Source: Candidatus Latescibacterota bacterium
GTDB taxonomy: Bacteria > Latescibacterota > UBA2968 > UBA8231
Length of the DNA stretch: 64,000 nt
Assembly: GCA_965243025.1 (NCBI GenBank)
Contig: CBDETY010000003.1
Location: 5,120,001-5,184,000, forward strand
Direction of reading: 5' to 3'
Made by a program: the position numbers and the translations under genes. Under the pieces are notes generated by a model that saw only the letters and a program-made list of their open reading frames with translations, made no database searches and was not told where the DNA came from. Positions 20,816-30,422 of this stretch are shown here, in pieces; the first letter of the stretch is position 1; the number at the start of each line of letters is the position of its first letter.

Positions 20816-23800
20816 GACTGCTCCGCGCCGGGAGAAGCGCGCCGGCGCCAGCGGATCAGGGCGGCGGCGCCGAGGGCGAGCGGGGCGGCGCCGATGACGA
20901 CGAGGCGCCAGACCGCCCTGCCGGCGGGGTCGTGGTAGGCGAAGCCGCGCGCCTGGGGGTTGCGCGCCTGCAGCCGGGTCATGTCTGGACCGTAGACGGC
21001 GTCGGCGAGCAGGTTGAGCAGCAACTGGTCGTGGTCGAAGCCCGGCATCTGCAGATGGCCGTTCTTGAACATCTCGGAGCAGCCGACCAGAACCAGGCGC
21101 CCGCGGCGGCCGGAAAGAGGGAGCGCCTCGAGGTTGCTGCGCCCCTCCTCGTCCTCGACGAACCGGGCCTCGGGGAACTCGCCGCGCAGGTCGACGGTCA
21201 GCGGCTGCGGGCCGGCCACCTCCTCGGGCTCGGTCAGCGACTCCGGCGGCAGCCATCCACCCTTCCACGGGAAGCTCCAGGACTGCGGCGAGGTGCTGAT
21301 CAGCACCTGCGGCGCGAACGACTCGGGAAGCCCGGCGAGGTCGAAGCTGTTTCCCCAGATGAACAGCAGGTCGCCGAGGTCGCGGGTTATCGGCGATCCG
21401 GGGTCGTAGCGCTCGCCGACGGTGCGGATCAGGAACGGCAGGGCGACCTCCTGGGCGTCGTACTCCCGCACCGCGGTGCGGTTGACCTGGGTGTCGAGCC
21501 GCAGGCGGTGGCGGGTGCGGTCCATCAGCACCTGGCGCACCTGCTCGACGCCGGTCAGCCGCAGGTAGCGGTCGAGGTCCTGGAACTGGGGCTGGGGCCA
21601 GTACACGGTCTCGAAGCCGGTGCCCCGGTACTGGCGCTGCTGGATGTTGAAGTGCTGCATGGCGACGACGGCGGCGCCGCCGCCGGCGAGATGGCGGCTC
21701 AGCTGCAGGATGACCTCCCCCGAGTCGCGGCGCGGCTGCATCCAGAGGACGGCGTCGGAGTCCGGGGCCAGCTGCGGGTAGCGCGGGTTGACGTGATGGA
21801 CGCGGTATCCGTAGGCGGCGAGCATGCGCTTGAGATGGCTGTACACGTCGGTCCCGCCCGGGGCGCTCAGACCCTTCTTCTGGTAGTCCTCGAGGGCCTC
21901 GGCAGGGGACAGCCGCGGCAGGTCGGAGACGACCGACACCAGCGGGACCTCCCCGCTCTCCAGGCGGCGGAGGGCGGCCGCGATCAGGAAGTCGAGATGC
22001 ACCGAGGTGCGCCCGTCCAGCCGAGGAATCGCCGCCGCGCGGCCGCCGCGGCGCAGCAGCAGCCCGCTCCAGACGCTCTTGGAGACCACGGTGTCGCGGC
22101 GCACCTGCTCCACCTCGAACGGGGCGATTCCCGCCTGCACCAGGTCTTTCCTCGCTGGCGGGGGCAACGCCTCCGGCCGCACCACGGTCAGATCCACCCC
22201 GGCCTCGGCGAACGGCTCGACGACCCGGTGCTCCAGCGTCTTCAGGCTGGCCGGCAGGTTTGCCCGCGGCGAGAGAACCAGGTCGACGGTCAGCTCGTCC
22301 CGGATCAGCGCCAGCGACTCGACGACGCTCGCCGCTGGGGTGTTGACGCCGCCGGCGGTCAGGTCGACGTCGACGCGGGAGAAGGCGGCCACCACCCCGG
22401 CCGCCAGGGCGACGACGAGGAGGAGCGCCGCGGCCCCGGCCCGCACCCAGGGCAGGGGCGCCAGCAGGCGCAGCCCGGACAGGTTGCCCGACCTGCGGAA
22501 ACGCCACCACCCGTACGCCAGTATCAGCACCGGGGCGAGGCCGGCCACGAGCAGCCGCCACAGCAGGCGGGAAGCGCCGGTCAGGGGGGGCAGCACCGCA
22601 GGTTGCGCGCGGTCGACGGCGGTGCGGATCAGGCGCTCGCGGGAGGCGAAGGTGCGCACCAGGTCGTCTATCAGCACCGAGTGGCCGTACCCGGGCTGGC
22701 GCAGGATGCCGTCGCGGAAGGCGCTGGCCGAGGCGAGGACGACGAGCTGGCCGGCCCAGGGATCGCGGGGGGTCAGCAGCACCATCAGGTTCTGCTTCGG
22801 CACGGTTAGCGAGACGGCGAGGTCGGCCCCGGTCAGCAGGTCGCCGGTGAGGGGGCGCACCCAGGCGTGCTCGGTGGTCGTGGCGACGACCTGGGCGCCG
22901 TACCCGGCCTGGGCGGCGCGCCCCGGATCGACAGCAAGGGGGCTGGCGGCGACGAAGCTCAGGCCGCCGCGCGCCGGGGTGAGGAAGCGCCTGAAATCCC
23001 GGAAGGCGGGAAGATTGCGCAGGTGAAAGGGGGCCTCGACTTCGCGCACCGAACCGTCGGCGAGGGGCACGGGAAGCGGGCCGGCGTTGCGGTCCATCAC
23101 CAGGTCGGGGACCGGCCGCAGGCCGAAGGGACGCAGCAGCTCGCTCCAGGCCGGAGACCCTTCGACCATGCGGAACAGCACCGAGTCGCCGCGGGCGTGG
23201 TAGCTCGCCTCGTAGGAGCTGCCGGCGAGCACCGCGGTCCGCCCCGAGGCGACGAACCGCTTGAGCTGCTGCACGTGCCGGTCCGTAACCTGCCGCGGCG
23301 CGAACCAGAACAGCATGTCGGTGTCGGGCGGGATGTAGGGGGAGCGGTCGAGGTCGACCTGCACGACGGGGCCGTGCTGGCTCAGGAACTGCGGGAACTC
23401 GACGAACCCGCCGCCGGCCGGAGCGGAGAAGGCGAAGTCCGCCTGCGGCGGGGCGAACAGGGTCTGCAGATGGGCGCGCACCCACTGCTCGAGGTAGGGC
23501 AGGTGGGTGTCCTCGATCCCCTGGATGAGCACCTCCGGGTGGTTCTCGAAGCTCAGCACCAGGGAGGACCAGACCTTCTCCTCCCCGTGCTCGTCCCGCT
23601 CGATGCGACGCACGCTGATCGGGGAGACCTTCCGGCGCGCCGCGTACCCGGCCCCGGCATCGCCGCTCAGCTCGGGATAGATGACCCGGGTGTCGACGCG
23701 GTCCGGGGCTTCGGAGCGAAACGCCGCCAGCAGGGCGCGGACCTCCCCCTCGACTTCCTTCAGGTGCGACGGCATGCGCTCCCGCGGCGAGACGAACAGG

Positions 23801-23985
23801 GTGAAGGTCATCCTGCCGTCGAGCCGCTCGAGAAGGGCGCGGGTCTTCGAGGTCAGGGAGGCCGGCGAGAGCCCGACGAAGTCGATCTCGGCGCGGCCGG
23901 CCGACTTCAGGATCCGGCTGCCGAAAACGGAGATCGCCAGGAGCAGGAAGAAGCAGAGGAGGGACTGCAGGGCGAAGCGGGACAC
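20812..23985 (-). CDS. GldG-family ABC transporter auxiliary protein with duplicated GldG-type module
   Basis: 1057 aa; two similar halves (SPRERMPSHLK / SPRANLPASLK; VWSSLVL / VWSGLLL; DLVMDR / QVLMDR; GQLVVL / GRLVLV) separated by TM helices. Confidence 0.75.
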   Translation of the reverse strand: MSRFALQSLLCFFLLLAISVFGSRILKSAGRAEIDFVGLSPASLTSKTRALLERLDGRMTFTLFVSPRERMPSHLKEVEGEVRALLAAFRSEAPDRVDTRVIYPELSGDAGAGYAARRKVSPISVRRIERDEHGEEKVWSSLVLSFENHPEVLIQGIEDTHLPYLEQWVRAHLQTLFAPPQADFAFSAPAGGGFVEFPQFLSQHGPVVQVDLDRSPYIPPDTDMLFWFAPRQVTDRHVQQLKRFVASGRTAVLAGSSYEASYHARGDSVLFRMVEGSPAWSELLRPFGLRPVPDLVMDRNAGPLPVPLADGSVREVEAPFHLRNLPAFRDFRRFLTPARGGLSFVAASPLAVDPGRAAQAGYGAQVVATTTEHAWVRPLTGDLLTGADLAVSLTVPKQNLMVLLTPRDPWAGQLVVLASASAFRDGILRQPGYGHSVLIDDLVRTFASRERLIRTAVDRAQPAVLPPLTGASRLLWRLLVAGLAPVLILAYGWWRFRRSGNLSGLRLLAPLPWVRAGAAALLLVVALAAGVVAAFSRVDVDLTAGGVNTPAASVVESLALIRDELTVDLVLSPRANLPASLKTLEHRVVEPFAEAGVDLTVVRPEALPPPARKDLVQAGIAPFEVEQVRRDTVVSKSVWSGLLLRRGGRAAAIPRLDGRTSVHLDFLIAAALRRLESGEVPLVSVVSDLPRLSPAEALEDYQKKGLSAPGGTDVYSHLKRMLAAYGYRVHHVNPRYPQLAPDSDAVLWMQPRRDSGEVILQLSRHLAGGGAAVVAMQHFNIQQRQYRGTGFETVYWPQPQFQDLDRYLRLTGVEQVRQVLMDRTRHRLRLDTQVNRTAVREYDAQEVALPFLIRTVGERYDPGSPITRDLGDLLFIWGNSFDLAGLPESFAPQVLISTSPQSWSFPWKGGWLPPESLTEPEEVAGPQPLTVDLRGEFPEARFVEDEEGRSNLEALPLSGRRGRLVLVGCSEMFKNGHLQMPGFDHDQLLLNLLADAVYGPDMTRLQARNPQARGFAYHDPAGRAVWRLVVIGAAPLALGAAALIRWRRRASPGAEQS

Positions 23986-23989
23986 CGGC

Positions 23990-24787
23990 TCAGTACTTGA
24001 TGCGCTTGAGGGTGATCTCGTTCATCCACAGGAAGAAGGCGCCCATCAGCAGGAAATAGAGCAGCCCGTCCAGTCCGACGACGCCGCGGGTGAATGCCTC
24101 GTAGTGGGGCATGACGGAGACCGACTGGTAGATGCGGCTGCCCAGCTCCCAGCCCGGGGCGAGGCCGTCGAGCACGGCCACCACCTTTTCGTGGCCGCTG
24201 AGGACGAACAGGAACCCCAGCAGGGTGGCGAGCACGAACGAGACGATCTGGTTCTGCGTCAGGCCGGAGACGAAGACGCCGAAAGAGAGGAAGAAGGCCC
24301 CGAGGAAGACGGCCCCGAGGTAGCTGGAGAAAATCAGCCCCAAGTCCGGGTCGCCGAGCCAGAACAGCATCACCGCGATCGGGGTGGTGCCGGCCAGCAC
24401 GAGGAGGTAGAACAGCAGGGCGGCGGCGTACTTGCCGGCGACGAACTGGATCGACCGCAGCGGCAGGGTCATGATCAGCTCGAAGGTGTTCTGGGCGTGC
24501 TCCTCCGACCAGGTGCGCATCGTCATCGCCGGGACGAACGGAATCAGCAGGAACGGCAGGGTCTCGAAGAAGGGGGACATGTCGGCGACGGAGAGCAGGA
24601 AGAAGGAGTTCATGAAGGTGGTGCCGGACAGGACGAGAAAGACCGTGGCGTAGATGTAGGCGATGGGGGAGTCGAAGCAGGCGGCGAGCTCCCGCTGCAC
24701 GATCACCCAGGTGCCCGACGCGAATCCCGGGTCTCGGGAGGGGGAACCGGCCGCCGCCGGGGTTTCGCTAGCGGCCGCCATCGCCAT
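23990..24787 (-). CDS. ABC-2 type permease, GldF-like
   Basis: RELAACFDSPIAY, PAMTMRTWSEE, ELIMTLP and TQNQIVSF. Confidence 0.85.
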   Translation of the reverse strand: MAMAAASETPAAAGSPSRDPGFASGTWVIVQRELAACFDSPIAYIYATVFLVLSGTTFMNSFFLLSVADMSPFFETLPFLLIPFVPAMTMRTWSEEHAQNTFELIMTLPLRSIQFVAGKYAAALLFYLLVLAGTTPIAVMLFWLGDPDLGLIFSSYLGAVFLGAFFLSFGVFVSGLTQNQIVSFVLATLLGFLFVLSGHEKVVAVLDGLAPGWELGSRIYQSVSVMPHYEAFTRGVVGLDGLLYFLLMGAFFLWMNEITLKRIKY

Positions 24788-25511
24788 CCGGGGAAGTGCG
24801 CACCCGGTGCGCGAAGATCTCTTCGAGAGCCGCCCCCTCCATGCCGGAACCGGCGGCGAGCTCCTCAATGGTGCCGTCGCCGAGAAGCCGGCCCTGGTGG
24901 ATGATCAGGACGCGGTCGCTGATCGCCTCGACGTCGGGCACGATGTGGGTGCTGAACAGTATTGCCCGCCCGGACTTCAGCTCGCCCAGCATTTCGCGGA
25001 AGGCGATCACCTGCAGCGGATCGAAGCCGTGGGTCGGCTCGTCGAGCAGGAGGATGGGGGGGTCGTGGATCATCGCCGAGGCCAGGCCGACCCGCTGCCG
25101 GAACCCGGTGGAGCACTGGGAGATGCGCTGCGCCAGCACCGAGCCGATGCCGCACAGTTCGACAGTGCGCTCGAAGTGCGGTTCGAGCTCGCCCTCCCGC
25201 AGGCCGCGGGCCCTGGCGACGAACCGGAGGAAGTCGTCGACCCGCATGTCGCGGTAGAGCGGCGTGTCGCCGGCGAGGTAGCCGATGGCGCGGCGCACCT
25301 CGAGGGGCTGCTCGACGACGTCGAAGCCGGCGACGGAGATGGCGCCCGCGGTCGGGTAGATGTAGGTCGACAGCATCTTGAGGACGGTGCTCTTGCCGGC
25401 CCCGTTGGGACCGACGAAGCCGACGACCTCGTCCCGGTCGACGGTGAAGCTGACGCCGTCGACCGCGGTCAGGGCGCCGTATTTCCTGGTGACGTTTTCA
25501 AGGGCGATCAT
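24768..25511 (-). CDS. ABC transporter ATP-binding protein, GldA-like
   Basis: Walker A GPNGAGKST, signature STGFRQRV, Walker B LLLDEPT and STH. Confidence 0.92.
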   Translation of the reverse strand: MIALENVTRKYGALTAVDGVSFTVDRDEVVGFVGPNGAGKSTVLKMLSTYIYPTAGAISVAGFDVVEQPLEVRRAIGYLAGDTPLYRDMRVDDFLRFVARARGLREGELEPHFERTVELCGIGSVLAQRISQCSTGFRQRVGLASAMIHDPPILLLDEPTHGFDPLQVIAFREMLGELKSGRAILFSTHIVPDVEAISDRVLIIHQGRLLGDGTIEELAAGSGMEGAALEEIFAHRVRTSPDGDGGR

Positions 25512-25633
25512 GAAGGGATAATTTCGGGATTCAGGTTTCGGCCTTCAACGGAACCGCCCCGTTCGGCCGGGAAATTGACCCTCTCCGGGGGGCATCTATA
25601 CTACAGGCGGACCCCATTTCCGGGAGACTGAAC

Positions 25634-26281
25634 GTGAGCGACGGCGAAGAGAAGAAGGAACTCAGCGGCCTGCAGTGGCTGTCGCAGGAGCGCCCCGAGG
25701 CGATGGGGCACCTGCTGTCGTTCTTCCGCGAGTCCGGGCGGCACCTCGACCCGAAGACCCGCTTCCTGATCTCCATCGTCACCAAGGTCGTCAACTTCTC
25801 GCCGCGCGGACTGCGCCAGTACATCCCGCGCGCCGTGCGGGAAGGGGCGAGCCGCGACGAGGTGATCGACGCCATCCTGTGCGCCTACCCGGCCGCCGGG
25901 CTCGTCAACGTCGTCGATGCCATCCAGGTGCTGCGCTCTCTCGACCTCCCGGACAGCCCCGCCGGGCCCCCGGCGGAGGCGGAGTGGACGGCGGTCGCCA
26001 GGGCGGACGAGATCGAGGAGAACGGCGCCAGGGTCGTGCAGGTCGGAGACAAGCCTATCGCCGTCTTCAACGCCGGCGGGCGTTTCCTGGCCATCTCCAA
26101 CACCTGCCTGCACCAGGGGGGCTACCTCGGGCTCGGCAGCCTGGACGGAACCGCCGTCACCTGCAGCCGCCACGGCTGGCAGTTCGACGTCGCCAGCGGC
26201 GAGTGCCTCTCCCATCCGGGGCGGGCGGTCGAGTCCTACGAGGTCCGCGTCGAGGACGGGCAGGTGCTGGTACTGGCGTAG
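25634..26281 (+). CDS. Carboxymuconolactone decarboxylase (AhpD-like) domain fused to a Rieske [2Fe-2S] ferredoxin
   Basis: LDPKTRFLISI...AVREGASRDEVIDA followed by CLHQGG...CSRHGWQFD. Confidence 0.8.
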   Translation: MSDGEEKKELSGLQWLSQERPEAMGHLLSFFRESGRHLDPKTRFLISIVTKVVNFSPRGLRQYIPRAVREGASRDEVIDAILCAYPAAGLVNVVDAIQVLRSLDLPDSPAGPPAEAEWTAVARADEIEENGARVVQVGDKPIAVFNAGGRFLAISNTCLHQGGYLGLGSLDGTAVTCSRHGWQFDVASGECLSHPGRAVESYEVRVEDGQVLVLA

Positions 26282-26608
26282 AGCCTCCGCCCGGCTGCGC
26301 GCCCGCACCTGCGGTTGGAATCCTTCGGATTCGTTTCGGGAACGGCCTGGCTCGATTTCTGGTCGCGAAGGGCGTTCCGAAGGCGCGCCGCCCCCTCAAT
26401 CCGGGTTTCAGCAGATTCGGCCAGCCCGCCGCAACGGGCGCATCGGCCTGAAGCAGTCGTCCACGCCTGGAACCTGTTCGAGCCCGGGCTGCACTGCCCA
26501 CTGCGGGTGAATGCCGGCGCTTCTTTTCCCCCGGGATATTTCCGTCAACACCCGGCAGCAGCCATGTCTCGGGCGTCGATTTCCCCCCGAGCAGGAGTGC
26601 CCGCCGAC

Positions 26609-27262
26609 TCATCCCCAAAGCCGCGGATCGACCCTCGCCTCGGCGAGGTACAGCTCTACCGCCCGCAGCGACCTGGCGATCACCGCGGCGATGTCCGGTG
26701 GGTAGCGGGCGAACGCCTCCGCGGTTATCCGCGCGCGTCCCGGTTCGCCGGGACCATCGGCGTAACGCACCGCCGCCTCGACGCTTTCGGTTTCCCCTTC
26801 GAGCAGCCGCAGCAGCGGTTTCAGCGGCACGTGCAGGAAGCCGTCGCTCTCCTCGCTGAAAGACACCTCTTCCAGCCCGATTTCCCGGATCACCAGGTAG
26901 GAGTGCTGGATCACGCGGGGGCAGTTCCGCTCCTGCCCTTCCAGCCGGGTGCTGCCGAGATAGTGGAGGTCCCGCTCCCCGAGAAGGATGCCGGCCTCCT
27001 CCTCGAACTCGCGCACCCCCGCCTGGCGGTGCGACTCGGAGGCCATGACGTGGCCGCCCGCGGGGGCATCGAGACTGCGGACGAAGGGGTCGCCGCGGCG
27101 CCCCCGTTGCTGCAGCAGCAGAACCGGCTCGGCGCCGCGCAGCCATGCGCACCAGACGAACACCAGCCAGTGCCAGTCCCCGTCCCTGTGGACCTCGTCG
27201 CGGGTCTTGGAACCGAGCCGGCGGCCGGCGCCGTCGAAGAAAGCGAGAACTTCCGCGCTCAC
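26609..27262 (-). CDS. NUDIX hydrolase, IPP-isomerase-like
   Basis: RDEVHRDGDWH, LLQQR and AGGHV...GVREFEEEAG; GTG overlaps the rhomboid stop. Confidence 0.8.
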   Translation of the reverse strand: MSAEVLAFFDGAGRRLGSKTRDEVHRDGDWHWLVFVWCAWLRGAEPVLLLQQRGRRGDPFVRSLDAPAGGHVMASESHRQAGVREFEEEAGILLGERDLHYLGSTRLEGQERNCPRVIQHSYLVIREIGLEEVSFSEESDGFLHVPLKPLLRLLEGETESVEAAVRYADGPGEPGRARITAEAFARYPPDIAAVIARSLRAVELYLAEARVDPRLWG

Positions 27263-28065
27263 CCCGAAATGACGGCGATGAACTGGAACAGGAAGGCGAA
27301 GATGGTCAGGGCCAGCAGGGCGCCTGCCAGCAGGTAGGTGCCGATTCCCTCGCGGTCGCTGTAGTCGCGGCTGAAGGCGTAGGCGGTGACGTAGCCGCCG
27401 GCGAAGCCGCCCGCGTGGGCCCAGTTGTCGACCCCGGAAAAGATGAAGCCGAAGATGAAGAGGATCACCGCCCACTGCAGGAAGTGGCGGGTGAACATCG
27501 AGCTGCCGCGCTGGCGGCCGAAGACGATGGCGGCGGCGAGCAGTCCGAAGATGGACCCGGAGGCCCCGAGGGTGTAGTGGTTGCCCATCAGCACGGAGAG
27601 GGCGAAACCACAGGCCCCGGATACGGTGAATATGATGAACAGGCGGAACGGCCCGAACAGCTCGCTGACCATCGGCCCGAGCTGCCGCACCCAGAGCATG
27701 TTGAAGAGGATGTGCAGAAGCCCCCCGTGCAGGTAGATCGCGGTGATAATCGTCCACCAGTGCCCCTGCACCATCACGGGAACGACCCCGGTCATTCCGA
27801 GCATCAGGGTCGCGTTCCCGCTCGGGGCCAGAAAGCGGAACAGGTCGAAGCTGCGGAAGATGGCGCCGGGATCAATCGCCAGTCCGACGATGTAGAGAAT
27901 GACGCACACCGTGGTGATCAGGCTGGGAAAGTCGATGGAGACCCCCAGCTTGCGGAACCACGAGGTGAACCCCCACATGCCGGGCCTCACCTGGCCGCAA
28001 AAGGGACAGCGCGCTTCGGAGCTGCTGATCAGCTTGTGGCACCTGGGACAGAGGATGGCGGGCAT
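27259..28065 (-). CDS. Rhomboid intramembrane serine protease with N-terminal zinc ribbon
   Basis: CPRC...CPFC, HGGLLHILFNM, GASG (Ser) and AHAGG (His). Confidence 0.92.
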   Translation of the reverse strand: MPAILCPRCHKLISSSEARCPFCGQVRPGMWGFTSWFRKLGVSIDFPSLITTVCVILYIVGLAIDPGAIFRSFDLFRFLAPSGNATLMLGMTGVVPVMVQGHWWTIITAIYLHGGLLHILFNMLWVRQLGPMVSELFGPFRLFIIFTVSGACGFALSVLMGNHYTLGASGSIFGLLAAAIVFGRQRGSSMFTRHFLQWAVILFIFGFIFSGVDNWAHAGGFAGGYVTAYAFSRDYSDREGIGTYLLAGALLALTIFAFLFQFIAVISG

Positions 28066-28307
28066 TCGGTTACCGGATCGTGTTTCTATGGCTGGGGTTC
28101 AACTGCCCCGGAGAGTGCCTGTTCGCCGACGGCCCCGAAGCGGCGTGCGACTCAATCGGGGGACGGGACCGGGTTACGGGGTGCGAAGCGAGCCCCGGAA
28201 CCGGTGCGGCGGGCAGCCGTGTCAGCGACGTTCAAGGAAAAAGGCGGCTGCTGTCTCCGCAAGTGCGGAGCTCATCCAGTTTCCGGGCATTTCGAGATAC
28301 GGTGCGG

Positions 28308-29227
28308 CTATTTTGAAAGGCTGGCCTTTATCCCGGCCCATGAAACGCTGTTGACAGCGGAATCTCCGATCGAATTTCCAGCCTCGACCAGGATTCCCCG
28401 AGCCCAGAGGTCGGACGATGAAAAATCGTCCTGCTCCCACCACTCATCAGATCCCCACAATTCATGCACACTCTCGAAACTCCATTTGTCTTCGTCGACG
28501 TCGGATAGTGAGAGCCCGAACCATATCATTTTTTCGGGAATAAGAGGGGAGACGATACTTTGGTCCTGGTCATCCCAGATAAGTCGGTCGAAGGGGGTGA
28601 CGTAAAACTCCAACACCCCGAAGGGTGGCTGGCTGTCAATCACCGCGCCGCCGCCATCGGCAAAGGGCGGCCGGTAAACCCAATCCGGGTCATCACGACT
28701 GACCCCGGGCGTGTAGACGTTGGTTCCGTCTTCATATGAACCAGGAAACGCCCCGTACCATTGCGCCTGCTCCATTCGATTTGTGAGCCCGGATGCGTTG
28801 TCGATTTCCAGGCTTCCACCGCTCCTGTCCCCGTCGACATAAAACCACAGGGATAAATCGCCGTCAGTGATGCCTGGCCCGAATGTGAAACGGTCGTTGG
28901 AACGCGCGTGGACAAATCGTCGACCATTTCCGCCGCTACGAAATGGTGGTTACTGCCGTGGTGCCAGGCCAACCAGATACGGAAGTCGAAAGAGGAGGGA
29001 TCGTACTGGTACCCCCAATTCGGGTAAAGTGCCAAATCCAGCGGCGTCAACGACGGCTCCCCGAGGACTTCCAACCAGTCATCCACGGAGCCGTCTTTGA
29101 GGTCGATGCGATCCCGCATCTCGTCGGTCAGCTCGACGAACGGATACAGCCGGTCTTGAAACTGTGCTTCCAGAGAAGCCCCTGTCAGCAGGATGAGGAT
29201 GGCAACGCGCCATGGTATGTACTGCAT
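28308..29227 (-). pseudogene. WGxIKA-tail CBM9-like family paralogue P5, frameshifted
   Basis: N-half (ORF 28640-29257) and C-half (frame of 28308-28775) both match neighbour P6; one T missing at GAC GAT TT(T) GTC, positions 28914-28916. Confidence 0.8.
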
Positions 29228-29357
29228 GAGAAATACCCCCTGTCGGCTCCTGAACAAGACCCCCGCGGGATACGGGAGCAGTCAGCTCTCAGAAGGCAGC
29301 ATTTCGGGTGCGGCAGAGTGTGCCACTACATGGTCGGGATCCGTTGGCGTGGCCGGG

Positions 29358-30263
29358 TTATTCCGAAAGGCTGGCCTTGATGCGGCCCCATGAAACGCCG
29401 GTGACAGCGGAATCCTCCGTACTTCCCGCCTCCATCAGGATTCCGCGCGCCCAGAGGTCGGAATCGTTGAACCCTCCCTGCTCCCAACCATCCTCGATTC
29501 CGAACAAGCCGGGACTGCTCTCGAATTCGTTGGCGTCGTCGACATCCACTATCTGGATACTGAACCCGATCGTTTTCCCGGAGAATAGATTGGAGACGAT
29601 ACTCTGGGCCTGGTCGTCCCAGATCAAGCGATCGAATGGGGTGACGTAAACTTCCACCACACCGAAACTCGGCTCGCTGTCGATCATGGCGCCGCCGCCG
29701 TCGGCGTAAGGGGGCTTGTGCACCCAATCCGTATGCCTGCTCACCAAGCGCAGAAGAAGGTTGTTGTCGTTGTCGAATGTTCCCGGAAACGCCTCATACC
29801 ATTGTGCCTGCTCCATGGGGTAGGCAAGCCCGGATGCGTTGTCGACCAGCAAGGTTCCGCCGCTCCTGTCCCCGTCGACGCCAATCGCCACGGATAGATC
29901 CGACCCGCGCAATCCACCTCTGTCGCTGCGGTCGTAGGTTCGCTCGTTTACGAAGTCGTCGACCAGCTCCATGGCCAGGAAAAGGTGATCGTCGGAATCG
30001 TGCCAGGCCACCCAGATGCGAAAGTCCAACGAGGATGGGTCGTATTCCGACGCCCATTCGGCGAATTGAAAATCCAACGGCGTCAGGGAGGGCTCTCCGA
30101 GGATTTCAACCCATTCCTCGATCGAACCGTCGGTCAGGTCGATTTTTTCCCGCATTTCATCGGTCAGCTCGGGGATCTGATAAACCCGGTCCGGGGCCGA
30201 TGCTTCTGTAGAGACCGCGATTATCACAAGGGAAATGGGGATCGGGATAATTCGTTCTTTCAT
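29358..30263 (-). CDS. Secreted CBM9/DOMON-like protein with C-terminal SWGRIKASL tail (P6)
   Basis: Signal peptide; AAGGAG RBS; IDLTDGSIEEW, DFRIWVAWHD, VDGDRSGG, EVYVTPFD and GKTIGF. Confidence 0.8.
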   Translation of the reverse strand: MKERIIPIPISLVIIAVSTEASAPDRVYQIPELTDEMREKIDLTDGSIEEWVEILGEPSLTPLDFQFAEWASEYDPSSLDFRIWVAWHDSDDHLFLAMELVDDFVNERTYDRSDRGGLRGSDLSVAIGVDGDRSGGTLLVDNASGLAYPMEQAQWYEAFPGTFDNDNNLLLRLVSRHTDWVHKPPYADGGGAMIDSEPSFGVVEVYVTPFDRLIWDDQAQSIVSNLFSGKTIGFSIQIVDVDDANEFESSPGLFGIEDGWEQGGFNDSDLWARGILMEAGSTEDSAVTGVSWGRIKASLSE

Positions 30264-30422
30264 GTGACAACTCCTTTCATATCGACATCGGGTTTAAACG
30301 CCGAGCGAGCGAAAAAGCCGGTGCCGAGTTCGTTTGGAACGCCCCTACCCGCCCATCGTGGATATCCCGGGAATGACTGCTTCCCAACTCAACTGATGGA
30401 TCCCTGAGCATTGCCCAACCGT

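Noticed and set aside
19787-23485. 1232-aa ORF as a single protein
   Set aside because: Only the last ~342 codons look protein-like; the upstream part is an Arg/Pro-rich alternative frame of the GldG-like gene
27259-30263. Rhomboid as a rhombosortase for the adjacent WGxIKA-tail proteins
   Set aside because: The tail has no transmembrane helix, which rhomboid substrates need; the rhomboid is coupled to a NUDIX gene and adjacency may be incidental
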